The notes below the pieces were generated by a model that searched no databases, had not been told where the DNA came from, and saw only the letters and a list, made by a program, of their open reading frames with translations. From Acidobacteriota bacterium (lineage in GTDB: Bacteria > Acidobacteriota > UBA6911), in assembly GCA_963664705.1 (NCBI GenBank), contig OY761556.1, forward strand, positions 2,784,001-2,848,000: 64,000 bases of DNA, given 5' to 3'. Position numbers and translations under genes: made by a program. This document shows, piece by piece, positions 41,691 through 51,483 of the stretch (within the stretch, counting starts at the first letter, position 1; each line of letters starts with the position of its first letter).

Positions 41691-42308
41691 GTGAATACCA
41701 TTATCGCCAGGAAAGTTCACCACACCGATGCGGAAGGGCTTCCCATCCGCTCTGATTGGGAGAATGCCGTTCCCATCACCTTCTGCGCGGATTGGTGCGC
41801 GGCGAATCCTGATCCCGCGAGACAGACGGAAGTGCGGGCATTGTGGTCACCCGACCATCTCTTTTTGAGATTCTGCTGTCGCTTTCGCGAGATTTTCACC
41901 TATGAAGGAGGAAATACTCACCGAGACGGACTCTGGATGCGGGATGTGGCGGAAGTATTTGTCCGACCAGGAATGTGGGAAACCTCTCACTATCTCGAGT
42001 TTGAGGTCAGCCCCAATGGAGATTGGCTGGATCTCGATATTTCCCCGGACAGGAAAACGATTCTGTATTGCAGCATGAAAACCCGCGTCATCAGGGACGA
42101 CAAATTAAAAATCTGGATCGCTGAAATAGCAATTCCGACGACATGTTTTAATGTGCCGCTGAGTTCCGGCGAATCCTGGCGTCTGAATCTATTCCGCATT
42201 GAGGGCCGTGAACCTGCCCGCTTTTACTCAGCGTGGATTCCAACCCACACTTCAATACCAAATTTTCACGTCCCGGAATTGTTTGGCTCTTTGCTCTTTC
42301 AGGACTGA
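41691..42308 (+). CDS. Carbohydrate-binding family 9-like (DOMON-like) protein
   Basis: TEVRALWS...L, LW..DVAEVF, YLEFEVSPNG, WRLNLFR, PNFHVPE.FG. Confidence 0.8.
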   Translation: MNTIIARKVHHTDAEGLPIRSDWENAVPITFCADWCAANPDPARQTEVRALWSPDHLFLRFCCRFREIFTYEGGNTHRDGLWMRDVAEVFVRPGMWETSHYLEFEVSPNGDWLDLDISPDRKTILYCSMKTRVIRDDKLKIWIAEIAIPTTCFNVPLSSGESWRLNLFRIEGREPARFYSAWIPTHTSIPNFHVPELFGSLLFQD

Positions 42309-42424
42309 CCGGGCGCCGGCAAGTGCCTATTAGAATTTTAAGTTTCAGATTCCAGATAAAATTTTTATCTCTTGATTGACTGACTCCCGGCTCCTATCTC
42401 CTGCCCGAACGATCAGGTCCCGGC

Positions 42425-42453
42425 TTGACAAAGCTCCTGGCACGACTTAACTT
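42425..42453 (+). promoter_or_regulatory. Sigma70 promoter, probably giving a leaderless transcript
   Basis: TTGACA (42425-30), 17 nt, TAACTT (42448-53). GTG start begins 7 nt after the -10 element. Confidence 0.7.
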
Positions 42454-42459
42454 CCATCT

Positions 42460-42810
42460 GTGAACATGATTCGTATGGCAAAAAGTATCGGAATGTTTTT
42501 ACTGGTCTTCCAGATACTTTTTATCTCCACCGGTTTCCATGACCTTACCTGCCATTCTGCCGCGCCGCCCGCAACAACGCCTGCGTCGCAGCGGGAATTC
42601 AGTTCCCCGAAGCTTTTGGACAACCCGGAGACGGATCACTGTAATGCCTGCTTTTTTAACAAACTGCTGAACCAGTGTGTCTTCCCTGCTTTTGAAGGGC
42701 CCTTTATCGCGGAATCATTCATACGGAGAACTCCTCTTTGCCCCGGAAGCATCGTATTCATAGCGCCCGGGAAAACAGGAAACCGCGGGCCGCCATTGCT
42801 CCTGTCTTAA
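42460..42810 (+). CDS. DUF2946-like (CruR/CutF-like) leader protein with CxxC and C-terminal RGPP
   Basis: N-terminal hydrophobic segment, HDLTCH, DHCNAC, ends NRGPPLLLS. First gene of a metal-uptake cluster. Confidence 0.78.
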   Translation: MNMIRMAKSIGMFLLVFQILFISTGFHDLTCHSAAPPATTPASQREFSSPKLLDNPETDHCNACFFNKLLNQCVFPAFEGPFIAESFIRRTPLCPGSIVFIAPGKTGNRGPPLLLS

Positions 42811-42865
42811 CCTCTTTTCAACTCGACTCACAATCTACGTGTCTTATCAGCGCTGGAGAAATGGC
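42792..42865 (+). promoter_or_regulatory. Anti-SD/SD pairing linking the RGPP stall site to the next gene
   Basis: GCCATTGCTCC (42792-42802) pairs at 10 of 11 positions with GGAGAAATGGC (42855-42865), which ends at the base before ATG 42866. Confidence 0.6.
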
Positions 42866-44224
42866 ATGAATACTGGCGTTTCCGTGGGAATATTGCTGCT
42901 TATCTTGTCAGGAATCACATGTGTCGCAGGCGAACAAAACTCCCCAGCCTCGACTTCAAATCAGACGACCTCGGCAATCGATCAGCTCCGAGCCGAGGTT
43001 GCGCAAATGAAGGCTCAATACGAAAGCCGCATCAAGGATCTGGAAACGAAACTTGAAGAGCTTCAGGCGGAGATGCTGCGCAATGCGCCGGAAACCGGGC
43101 TGCCGCCGACGCCATCTCCGGTATCTGCCTCAGTCCCGGCCAGTGCGGGCGCTATGAATCCAGCAATTTCCGTGGTCGGCAACCTGGTCGGGCGGGCTGA
43201 TTCCCAAAAGGCCTATACCGATGCGGGTCGTCGAATAGATAACAAGCTGCTCCTGCGTGAAGCCGAAATTGACATGCGCGTACCCATCGATCCATTTGCC
43301 GACGGAGTGCTGATAACATCTCTCGAGTCAGAAACCCCCGCCGATTTCTCCGTCGGGATTGAAGAGGGTTATGTGAATATCAAGAAATTTCCATTTCTTG
43401 ACCACCAGCCGCTGGGACTGAAACTCAAGGCTGGTCGATTCCGTCCTCTCTTCGGCAACATCAATGTCCTGCACACACATGACTTGCCGCAGACATTTCG
43501 CCCTCTCCCGGTGCAGGAATTCCTGGGGCCCGAGGGATTTGTTGCAGATGGACTCTCGACCAACATCTTTCTTCCAACGCCGGGGAAAAACGCCAACCTG
43601 GACTTTACCTTTGATGTCCTGAGTGGCGGAAATATCTCTGCTTCGCCAAGCACCGACAGTCGAATGGCCTATCTCGGCCACTTTCGCTATTACAGCACTT
43701 TCGCGGATACACACGATCTGCAGTTGGGATGGTCCAGCTACTTCCACCCGCAAGGAAATGGTATCCGAGAAGCCGACATTCATGACGTTGATTTCACCTA
43801 CCGCTGGAAGCCGCGGCGGATGGGTGAATGGAAATCCTTTGTTTTGGGCGGCGAGTTCATGTTTGGACGCCGCGCGTTTCCGGAAGCCTACGAAACACCG
43901 GATGTGGCAAGAGCCCTGGAGGGAAGGCAACCCGGAGAGGGAAAGCCGCTGGGTTATTACCTGTTTACGCAATGGCAGTTCAACAAGCGAACCTACGCGG
44001 GCATCCGCTGGGATAAGACCGATGTCCTTTTTGACCCGTCTTTGGAGCGGAAAAGCATCACTCCATCCTTTTCCTATTATTTCAGCGAGTTTCTGAGATT
44101 CCGTCTCAATTTTGAGCATCGCTGGAGCGACCTGCCATCGGAAAACAGACGGAATTCGGTTTTCGCTGAACTCAATTTCGTCTTTGGATCGCATCCACCC
44201 GAACCATTCTGGGTCAACAAATAG
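42866..44224 (+). CDS. Outer-membrane porin-like protein with N-terminal coiled coil, metal-uptake associated
   Basis: Signal peptide, coiled coil, Pro-rich linker, MNPAISV, EEGY, FG.IN.LHTHD, SEF.RFRL, FGSHPPEPF. Confidence 0.8.
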   Translation: MNTGVSVGILLLILSGITCVAGEQNSPASTSNQTTSAIDQLRAEVAQMKAQYESRIKDLETKLEELQAEMLRNAPETGLPPTPSPVSASVPASAGAMNPAISVVGNLVGRADSQKAYTDAGRRIDNKLLLREAEIDMRVPIDPFADGVLITSLESETPADFSVGIEEGYVNIKKFPFLDHQPLGLKLKAGRFRPLFGNINVLHTHDLPQTFRPLPVQEFLGPEGFVADGLSTNIFLPTPGKNANLDFTFDVLSGGNISASPSTDSRMAYLGHFRYYSTFADTHDLQLGWSSYFHPQGNGIREADIHDVDFTYRWKPRRMGEWKSFVLGGEFMFGRRAFPEAYETPDVARALEGRQPGEGKPLGYYLFTQWQFNKRTYAGIRWDKTDVLFDPSLERKSITPSFSYYFSEFLRFRLNFEHRWSDLPSENRRNSVFAELNFVFGSHPPEPFWVNK

Positions 44225-44243
44225 GCTGCCAAGGAGACCGCAC

Positions 44244-45284
44244 ATGAAGCTCTATAAATTTGCCTTAGGTTTACTGGCGCTTGCCCTGGCTACGCCGGGC
44301 CTGCTCGCTCAACAGAAAAAATTGCAGGTCGTGTGTACATTGCCAACGCTGAAAGCGCTGCTCCAGGAGGTCGGAGGGGACAGGATCGATGCATTTGCAT
44401 TGGCCAAAGGAGACCAGGATCCGCATTTCGTAACCCCGACTCCGGTGCTGATGCGAAAAACCCGTGAAGCGGATTTGTTCATTGAGAATGGATTCTCGCT
44501 CGAGCTTTGGGCTAACGAGGTGGCGAACGGATCCGGCAACTCAAAAATATTTCAGGGTACACCGGGACGCGTAATTGCAGGATCCGGCATTCCGGCGCTG
44601 GAAATACCGGCAGTTCTCACCCGCGAACTGGGAGATATTCATCCGCAGGGCAACCCTCACGTCTGGCTTGATCCGCTCCTGGCCAAGCTGGAAGCGGGCA
44701 ATATCTGCGAGGCCCTGAAGCGCGCGGATCCATCCAACGCGGATTTCTATGCATCGAGACTCGCTGATTTCAACAAGAGGATTGACGTTGCCCTTTTTGG
44801 TCCGGATCTGGTCAAAATACTCGGCACCCAGAAACTGACACGCTTGACCTGGAGTGGTGAACTGCAAAGCTTCCTCGAATCTAATAAGCTCAACGGCAAG
44901 CCATTGTCCGAATTAACCGGGGGTTGGATGAAACAGGCTGCCGCATTGCGCGGTATCAAAGCCGTGGAATTTCACAAAGTATGGGTCTATTTCGCGCGCG
45001 TCTTTGGAATGCAATTGATGGGCACCATCGAGGAACGTCCCGGAATTCCCCCGGGACCGCAGCATGTCCGGCAGGTGGTGGATATGGTGCGCACACAAAA
45101 AATCCCATTGATCATGGTAGACAACTTTTATGATCCAGCCCTCCCCAATAGCATTGCGCGCCAGACCGGCGCCAGTGTGGTTATTCTCCCCAACCAGGTC
45201 GAGGGGGATCCGGGAATCAAAACCTATTTTGATCTGATCGATCATCTGGTTCGTGAGTTGACCGCGGCTTTGAAAAAGAACTGA
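44244..45284 (+). CDS. Metal substrate-binding protein (ZnuA/TroA, cluster A-I)
   Basis: QDPHF, GDIHPQGNPHVWLDP, FHKVW.YF, IEERPGIPP. AAGGAG SD before ATG 44244. Confidence 0.9.
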   Translation: MKLYKFALGLLALALATPGLLAQQKKLQVVCTLPTLKALLQEVGGDRIDAFALAKGDQDPHFVTPTPVLMRKTREADLFIENGFSLELWANEVANGSGNSKIFQGTPGRVIAGSGIPALEIPAVLTRELGDIHPQGNPHVWLDPLLAKLEAGNICEALKRADPSNADFYASRLADFNKRIDVALFGPDLVKILGTQKLTRLTWSGELQSFLESNKLNGKPLSELTGGWMKQAAALRGIKAVEFHKVWVYFARVFGMQLMGTIEERPGIPPGPQHVRQVVDMVRTQKIPLIMVDNFYDPALPNSIARQTGASVVILPNQVEGDPGIKTYFDLIDHLVRELTAALKKN

Positions 45285-45287
45285 AGC

Positions 45288-45335
45288 CACGGAAGACACA
45301 AGTACATGCGGTGCCGTTTACTTGTGTCTTCCGTG
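45288..45335. repeat. Intercistronic hairpin (REP-like variant)
   Basis: Perfect 17-bp stem cacggaagacacaagta / tacttgtgtcttccgtg between the binding-protein and permease genes. Confidence 0.8.
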
Positions 45336-45350
45336 CCCACGAGGCTGAAT

Positions 45351-46802
45351 ATGCATAACCATTTGCTGCACGTGTTGATGGAACTGAAGTGGATGCTGAT
45401 TCCATTCCTCGCTTGTCTGGTCCTTTCCATTAACCACGTGTACCTGGGCATCCATGTCATAGCTCGAAAAGTGATTTTTGTGGATCTGGCTCTTGCGCAG
45501 ATTGCCGCACTGGGAGCCACCTACGCTCTGACGCTTGGCTACGATCCGAATGCCGATTCATTCAAAGTGTCCCTTTTCTCACTTGCATTTACATTTGTCG
45601 GAGCAGGCGCTTTTGCCATCGCACGGATGCGCAAGGAAAGGATCCCGCAGGAAGCCTTTATCGGAATCATCTATGCCGCCGCATCGGCGGCAGCCATCCT
45701 GATTCTGTCGAAATCAGCCAGCGGAGGCGAAGAACTCAAGCACATGCTTGTCGGGGACGTGCTCCTGGTATCGATGCCGAATGTCATCCACATGGCACTC
45801 CTGTATGGGTCGATAGGAATCTTCCACCTGATTTTTCGAAAAAAATTCCTGGCCATTTCAATGGATCCGGAAGGAGCAGAAAACTCCGGAATGAACGTCC
45901 GGTTCTGGGACATTCTCTTCTATATGTCCTTTGGACTTGTTATCACCAAATCCGTTGCGATTGTGGGCGTCCTGCTTGTTTTCTCCTACCTGGTCGTACC
46001 CGCGGTCATCGCGCATATGTGGGCGGACACCATACGCGGACGGCTGCTCCTCGGCTGGGCAATTGCCATCCTTGCAAGCACGCTTGGCATAGTCTGGTCC
46101 TTTTATGCAGACTATCCGACCGGCCCCGCGGTTGTAGTAACTCTTGGAATTTTCCTGATTGCCTCCAGCATCGCGTATTACATCGGCAACGCCGAAGCCA
46201 GGCTCCGGGCGCTAGCGGTGGTTTCCGGCCTCATTCTGTTTGGAATTATCTTTATAGGAGGGCTGGACCACTTCAAAAAAGTGGAAGCCGGGACACCGCC
46301 AGCCAAAATCGATATCGTGGACATGTTCTTGAAGGAACTGGCGGACGACAACCAGTCTACTCAATTGGATGGCGTGAAGCATCTCCAGGAAATGAATGAT
46401 TCCAGGATTGTGCCGGCGCTGGATTCGCTGCTTGTGCGCAGCACATCCGATGAGGTGGTGGAAGCGGTTGTCTCCGCAATGAGTAAACAAAAGGATCCTC
46501 GCGCCATTCCTGCCCTGCGGAAAGCAGCCGCAGGCATTTATGATTTCTTTTTAAAGCTGACTATTGCGGAAGCACAGCTGAATGTTGGCGATCCAGAGGG
46601 TTATGCTACCCTCATCAGCATCATGAAGGAAGATGATGCCGGCTATGCCCGGCATCAAGCCAGTGATTTGTTCGAAAAGCGATCCGGACGAAAGTTCGGA
46701 TACAGTCCGGACCTCCCGGTAGCCGCGAATGGTACCCCCCTGGCGCAGATGGCCGAGTGGTACTCCACAACCGGCCGTCACACAAAGCTGCCGGCAAAAT
46801 AA
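45351..46802 (+). CDS. ZnuB/ABC-3-type metal permease fused to a C-terminal HEAT-like repeat domain
   Basis: H.YLG.HV..RKVIFVDLALAQIAALG, EAFIGI.YA, GVLLVFSYLVVPA, D.PTGP. Then about 150 aa of helical repeats (DSRIVPAL, DPRAIPALRK). Confidence 0.85.
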   Translation: MHNHLLHVLMELKWMLIPFLACLVLSINHVYLGIHVIARKVIFVDLALAQIAALGATYALTLGYDPNADSFKVSLFSLAFTFVGAGAFAIARMRKERIPQEAFIGIIYAAASAAAILILSKSASGGEELKHMLVGDVLLVSMPNVIHMALLYGSIGIFHLIFRKKFLAISMDPEGAENSGMNVRFWDILFYMSFGLVITKSVAIVGVLLVFSYLVVPAVIAHMWADTIRGRLLLGWAIAILASTLGIVWSFYADYPTGPAVVVTLGIFLIASSIAYYIGNAEARLRALAVVSGLILFGIIFIGGLDHFKKVEAGTPPAKIDIVDMFLKELADDNQSTQLDGVKHLQEMNDSRIVPALDSLLVRSTSDEVVEAVVSAMSKQKDPRAIPALRKAAAGIYDFFLKLTIAEAQLNVGDPEGYATLISIMKEDDAGYARHQASDLFEKRSGRKFGYSPDLPVAANGTPLAQMAEWYSTTGRHTKLPAK

Positions 46803-46958
46803 AAAGGCTGCAACCCGCAAGCTGAAATTTGCTTGGATGGACGCTCCCCTCCCCATAGTATATTGGGCATGGATGCCCATCATTCGGGCTCCAGGCTAGA
46901 AAAAAACGCCAGCAGCCACGACATAGTGACCGGAAACCTAATCTTTAAGGAGTGGGGT

Positions 46959-48083
46959 ATGCGAAGATCAATCCCAATCGCGATATCTCTTGCACTTTTG
47001 TTCTTGCCGTCGGTTTTGCCTTCACAGACACCCTGGGCGGATCTGAGCGCCCCGCCCACCGGAACTGCCGCGCCTGGGGATGTATTGTCTGCAGGCCACC
47101 TTGGCCGTGAAATAGGAAATGTGGAGCTGATGATCCACTTTTATCACGATCTTCTCGGCTTGAAGTTGATGGGGGCGCGCAGCCAGCCCAGGCCTTTCGG
47201 ATCCAAGGAAACCGGTCCTGCGCTTCTGGAATTTGTCCAGCTTGGCGAGGGAGTTCCAAATCCCATGGAGGCAAGGAATCGTGCGGTGATATTACCGATA
47301 CCGGGAACAGCCCCTCAGGGGGGCAACGATATGACCGTTGAAGCAATCGAGATAAAGAATATTGCCTCGCAGCCATACAAGCCTTCTCTCAAAGATCCCG
47401 GGTCGTCCCGCCTGATTCTCTTTGTTCGAAATCTGGATAAAACCCTTTCCAATCTCAAAGATGAACTCGTTCCCGTTATTACAGCGGGAGGGTCGCCAGT
47501 GGTCTTGTCCAGTCATCCAGGAATTACCGGAACAATACGTGCAGTCATGGTGTGCGATCCGGACGGCTACCCCGTCCAACTCACCGAAATAACCCCCGCC
47601 CCGCAAACCGCTGCACCGGCCGACAGCAACATCCTGGGCGCCAGGGTTGTTATGGTTACTGCAGACCTCGAAACAACGTGCCGCTGGTTTCAAAACCTGG
47701 TGGGCTCGGACCTGCGATTCTGGATGAGCCCCACGCTCATCGGGGACAAATCCGATGAAGATCTAACGGGCATTCCAGGCAAATACCGGATGGCAGCGGC
47801 TCTGATACCCGGATCGCCCGTTGTGATGGAATTCCTTCAGTATGAAAATACTCCTAAGAAATTCGTTCGTCCTCACATCCAGGATCCCGGAACAGCGCAT
47901 ATCCTGTTCATGGCCAAAGACGATGACGTAATCATACAGCGGGTACGGGCAGCTCGAATACAGACGCTCAGTGCGACCGGTGGCCCGGTTTTTATCGGCC
48001 CCGTTACGCGTTCTTTTTTCATTCCCAACCCGGACGGTTTCTGGGCAGAATTCATGGATCACAACGTCAAAAAACGACCCTAA
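46959..48083 (+). CDS. Secreted two-domain VOC/glyoxalase-fold protein
   Basis: AAGGAG SD, signal peptide, H.G..I..V...IHFYHDLLGL, DPG twice, DPDGYPVQL, NPDGFWAEF. Confidence 0.78.
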   Translation: MRRSIPIAISLALLFLPSVLPSQTPWADLSAPPTGTAAPGDVLSAGHLGREIGNVELMIHFYHDLLGLKLMGARSQPRPFGSKETGPALLEFVQLGEGVPNPMEARNRAVILPIPGTAPQGGNDMTVEAIEIKNIASQPYKPSLKDPGSSRLILFVRNLDKTLSNLKDELVPVITAGGSPVVLSSHPGITGTIRAVMVCDPDGYPVQLTEITPAPQTAAPADSNILGARVVMVTADLETTCRWFQNLVGSDLRFWMSPTLIGDKSDEDLTGIPGKYRMAAALIPGSPVVMEFLQYENTPKKFVRPHIQDPGTAHILFMAKDDDVIIQRVRAARIQTLSATGGPVFIGPVTRSFFIPNPDGFWAEFMDHNVKKRP

Positions 48084-48111
48084 AGGCATCTGAAAGGCCA
48101 AAACTCCTCTC

Positions 48112-48185
48112 AAACGCCACGAATTTCGCAAAATTGACGAATTCCCGCCCGAAGCGGTCCAGAATTCGTGAAATTCGTGGCGTTT
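48112..48185. repeat. REP-like palindrome (GCCACGAATT-type)
   Basis: aaacgccacgaatttcgcaaaattgacgaattc / gaattcgtgaaattcgtggcgttt. Confidence 0.85.
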
Positions 48186-48241
48186 TTTCTTCTTCCCCTG
48201 CCGATAAGCATTCCTGAAAGCAAATTTTAGGGAAGGGTTTC

Positions 48242-49084
48242 ATGCCGGAAGCCGCGGCGTTGCTTAATCGTATTACGGATTTGATCGATTCAGGAAAACT
48301 GATCCTGCCTGTTTTCGATCCGATTACGCTTAAGCTGCAAGAAGTGATCGCCAATGGCTCTGAAGACCTTAAAGAGCTCGAAGAGCTGATCTTAAGCGAT
48401 CAGGTATTGGCAGCGGAAGTCCTCCGATCAGCCAATTCTCCCTTTTATTGCGGGCTCTCCCCCGTCAAAACGATTCGGAATGCGATCGTGCGACTTGGCA
48501 CACACCAAATGAGGCGACTGGTTATCCTGGTTTCAGAGCGGAACAAATACAAAGCCAGGAACCGGACACTGCAGACCATGATGCACGACCTCTGGAGGCA
48601 TGCGAGCACAACCGCTCTTGCAGCCCAGTGGATATCCAAACGTGTCCGGTCGACCGGAATTGAAGAAATCTGCTTTCTGGGAGGCCTCTTGCATGACATC
48701 GGGAAGCTGGTCATCCTGCACGGCGTGGACGAACTTGCACGCACGGAGGCCGGGAATATCGAGACGTTGCAGGAACCGCTTCGAGAGGTCCTGCTGGCGG
48801 CCCATTGCCAGATCGGATATCAGCTTCTCAAGAACTGGAACGCACCCGAAATCTACTGTCAGATTGCCAGAGACCATCATACCGATGATTTGGCCTCGTG
48901 GGATCTGCCATTGACCATTGTCCGTCTGGCAAATAATGGAAGCCGGAAGCTGGGACTTGGGCTCGACCCGAATCCGGCCCTGGACTTGGGCACCACGCAG
49001 GAAGCCTCGGCGCTCCGAATAGGCGAGGACCTTCTGTCTGAGTTGGAATCCATGATGGAAGATCATCTTTCCATCGCGGCCTAG
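48242..49084 (+). CDS. HDOD domain protein
   Basis: LPVF, D..LAAEVLR.ANSPFY, AIVRLG, LWRH, GLLHDIGK, H..IG..L...WN.P, HH. Confidence 0.92.
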   Translation: MPEAAALLNRITDLIDSGKLILPVFDPITLKLQEVIANGSEDLKELEELILSDQVLAAEVLRSANSPFYCGLSPVKTIRNAIVRLGTHQMRRLVILVSERNKYKARNRTLQTMMHDLWRHASTTALAAQWISKRVRSTGIEEICFLGGLLHDIGKLVILHGVDELARTEAGNIETLQEPLREVLLAAHCQIGYQLLKNWNAPEIYCQIARDHHTDDLASWDLPLTIVRLANNGSRKLGLGLDPNPALDLGTTQEASALRIGEDLLSELESMMEDHLSIAA

Positions 49085-49321
49085 CCATACCAAGGCAGGA
49101 GCAGCCGGTAAGCAATTGCTTTTTTAGGGTTTTGGTACGGAAATGGGTAATTGAAATTCGCCGTACAGCCGAAAAGTCGCTCATGCCATTTAATGGGTGG
49201 AGGACTTGACGCTGATGCCGGAGGTCCATTGCTTCCGTAATCAATGGAGTACCCGCAGGCCCAAAACTATTTCGGGAAGCTGATAGTGACCAGGATGTAA
49301 GTAGAAGAGCGAGGAATTTTC

Positions 49322-51454
49322 ATGAGCTTAGGCCCGGATTCTCTGCTGGTTGTGGACGATGACCCCATGAATCGCGACCTGATGGTCCGATACTTGTCCA
49401 AGCGCGGCTTCCAAGCGCTGCCAATGATCAGCTCCAGCAGCGCTCTCGAGTTTGTCAAATCCCATCCGGTCGACCTGATGCTGCTCGACATTGAAATGCC
49501 GGGCATGAATGGCCTGGATCTTCTACGACTGCTTCGGAAAACACACACTCCATCGCAGCTCCCCATCATCATGGTTACCGGGAGATCCAACAGCGATGAT
49601 GCGGTAACCGCACTGGGAGCCGGAGCCAACGATTACGTTACCAAGCCGATAGACTTTCCCGTCATCCTTGCCCGCATTCAGACGCAGCTTTCGCGGAAAC
49701 ACGCGGAGGAAGCCCTGCGCGAAAGCCAGGAGCGTTATGCACTGGCGGCTCGCGGAGCGAACGATGGGTTGTGGGATTGGGACATCGCCCCAGACAAGAT
49801 GTATTTCTCGCCGCGCTGGAAATCGATGCTCGGTTGGGAAGAGCACGAAATCAGCGACCATCCGGACGAGTGGTTTTCCCGCATCCATCCGGATGACATC
49901 GAAAGAGTGCAATCCGACATCAAAGCGCATCTGGAGGAATCGACGCCCCACTATGAGAACGAGTACAGAATGCTGCACCGGGACGGCAACTATCTCTGGA
50001 TGCTGGGCCGGGGCCTTGCAGTGCGCGACCGCGCCGGTAAAGCCTACCGGATGGCGGGATCTCAGACAGACATCACCCGAGGGAAAGTTGTAGACATCCT
50101 GACGGGACTGCCGAATCGTGTTCTGTTCATGGATCGGCTGCGGCGGGCCTTCGAGCGCGCAAGGAGACGCAAGGATAAGACCATCGCTTTGCTTTTCCTC
50201 GATCTGGACAGCTTCAAGCTTGTCAACGACAGCCTGGGGCACATGATTGGAGATCAGTTCCTCGTGGCTATCGCGGGACGTCTCGAGGCAACGCTTCGAG
50301 CCAGCGATTCAGTGGCACGGTTTGGCCGGAACCACACCATCGCCAGGTTGGGTGGAGATGAATTCACAATCCTCCTGGATGATATTTCCTGTGCCCATGA
50401 TGCGGCGCGCGTAGCCGAACGTATCTCCATTGATCTCGCAAAACCATTCGCCGTAGGCGGACAGGAACTTTTTCCCAGCGCCAGCATCGGAATTGCCCTG
50501 TATAACACTTCGTACCAGGCACCGGAGGAATTGTTGCGCGATGCCGATACTGCAATGTACAGTGCCAAAGCCCTTGGAAAAGGCCGCTTTGAAATTTTTG
50601 ATGCCAACATGCGGGCCAATACCATCGCGCGCCTTCAGCTCGAAACAGAATTCAGGCGGGCTATTGAAAACAACGAATTTGAGAACTACTACCAGGCTAT
50701 TGTCTCGCTGGAAACGGGAAGAATTCTCGGATTTGAAACTCTGGTCCGCTGGAAACACTCCGGACGCGGCATTGTCTCTCCGGCTGAGTTTATGGAGGTC
50801 GCAGAGGAGACGGGACTGATTGTTCCGCTCAGCAAATGGGTACTCCAGAACGCTTGCCAGCAGATGCGCTTCTGGCAGACGCGCTTCCTGGATAATCCGC
50901 CTTTGATGATCAGCATCAACCTTTCAGCGCGGCATTTCCTGCAGTCGGATCTCGTCCAGCAGTGCCGCGCCGTTCTGTATGAAACACAGCTTTCACACAG
51001 CAGCCTGAACATTGAAGTGACTGAAAGCGCCATGATGCAGAATCCGGAATCGGCCATCGAGCTCATGAATCAGTTGAAAACCATTGGCGTTCAGATTGCG
51101 CTGGATGATTTTGGAACCGGCTATTCTTCCCTGAGCTTTCTGCACCGGTTCCCGCTCGACTCTTTGAAAATTGATCGCGCCTTCATTACGCGGATTGCGG
51201 AAGAAGATGAAATTGTGCGCACGATTCTCACTCTCGGTCGAAACATGGGATTGAAAGTGGTCGCGGAGGGTGTGGAAACGGCGGAACAGGCGGATAAACT
51301 TCTCGAGCTCGGTTGCCAATATGCGCAGGGATTTTATTTCTGCGTACCTGTCAATGCCCAGGAAGCAACCGACCTGCTGGCCGCACAGCATCCCTGGCCG
51401 GGCAAACACATTGAGCCTCTTGTCAGCGCCGCCCCCCTGCGCCTCGTCCGATAA
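49322..51454 (+). CDS. REC-PAS-GGDEF-EAL diguanylate cyclase/phosphodiesterase
   Basis: VVDDD, LLDIEMP, YVTKP. PAS NDGLWDWD..IHPDD. RLGGDEF. FETLVRW and DDFGTGYSSL. Confidence 0.95.
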   Translation: MSLGPDSLLVVDDDPMNRDLMVRYLSKRGFQALPMISSSSALEFVKSHPVDLMLLDIEMPGMNGLDLLRLLRKTHTPSQLPIIMVTGRSNSDDAVTALGAGANDYVTKPIDFPVILARIQTQLSRKHAEEALRESQERYALAARGANDGLWDWDIAPDKMYFSPRWKSMLGWEEHEISDHPDEWFSRIHPDDIERVQSDIKAHLEESTPHYENEYRMLHRDGNYLWMLGRGLAVRDRAGKAYRMAGSQTDITRGKVVDILTGLPNRVLFMDRLRRAFERARRRKDKTIALLFLDLDSFKLVNDSLGHMIGDQFLVAIAGRLEATLRASDSVARFGRNHTIARLGGDEFTILLDDISCAHDAARVAERISIDLAKPFAVGGQELFPSASIGIALYNTSYQAPEELLRDADTAMYSAKALGKGRFEIFDANMRANTIARLQLETEFRRAIENNEFENYYQAIVSLETGRILGFETLVRWKHSGRGIVSPAEFMEVAEETGLIVPLSKWVLQNACQQMRFWQTRFLDNPPLMISINLSARHFLQSDLVQQCRAVLYETQLSHSSLNIEVTESAMMQNPESAIELMNQLKTIGVQIALDDFGTGYSSLSFLHRFPLDSLKIDRAFITRIAEEDEIVRTILTLGRNMGLKVVAEGVETAEQADKLLELGCQYAQGFYFCVPVNAQEATDLLAAQHPWPGKHIEPLVSAAPLRLVR

Positions 51455-51483
51455 GTCGGGCAAATAATCAGTTCAGGGGCAGA

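Noticed and set aside
48242-51454. HDOD plus REC-PAS-GGDEF-EAL as a novel signalling system
   Set aside because: Both are common architectures with standard motifs, separated by about 240 bp. Nothing unusual visible.
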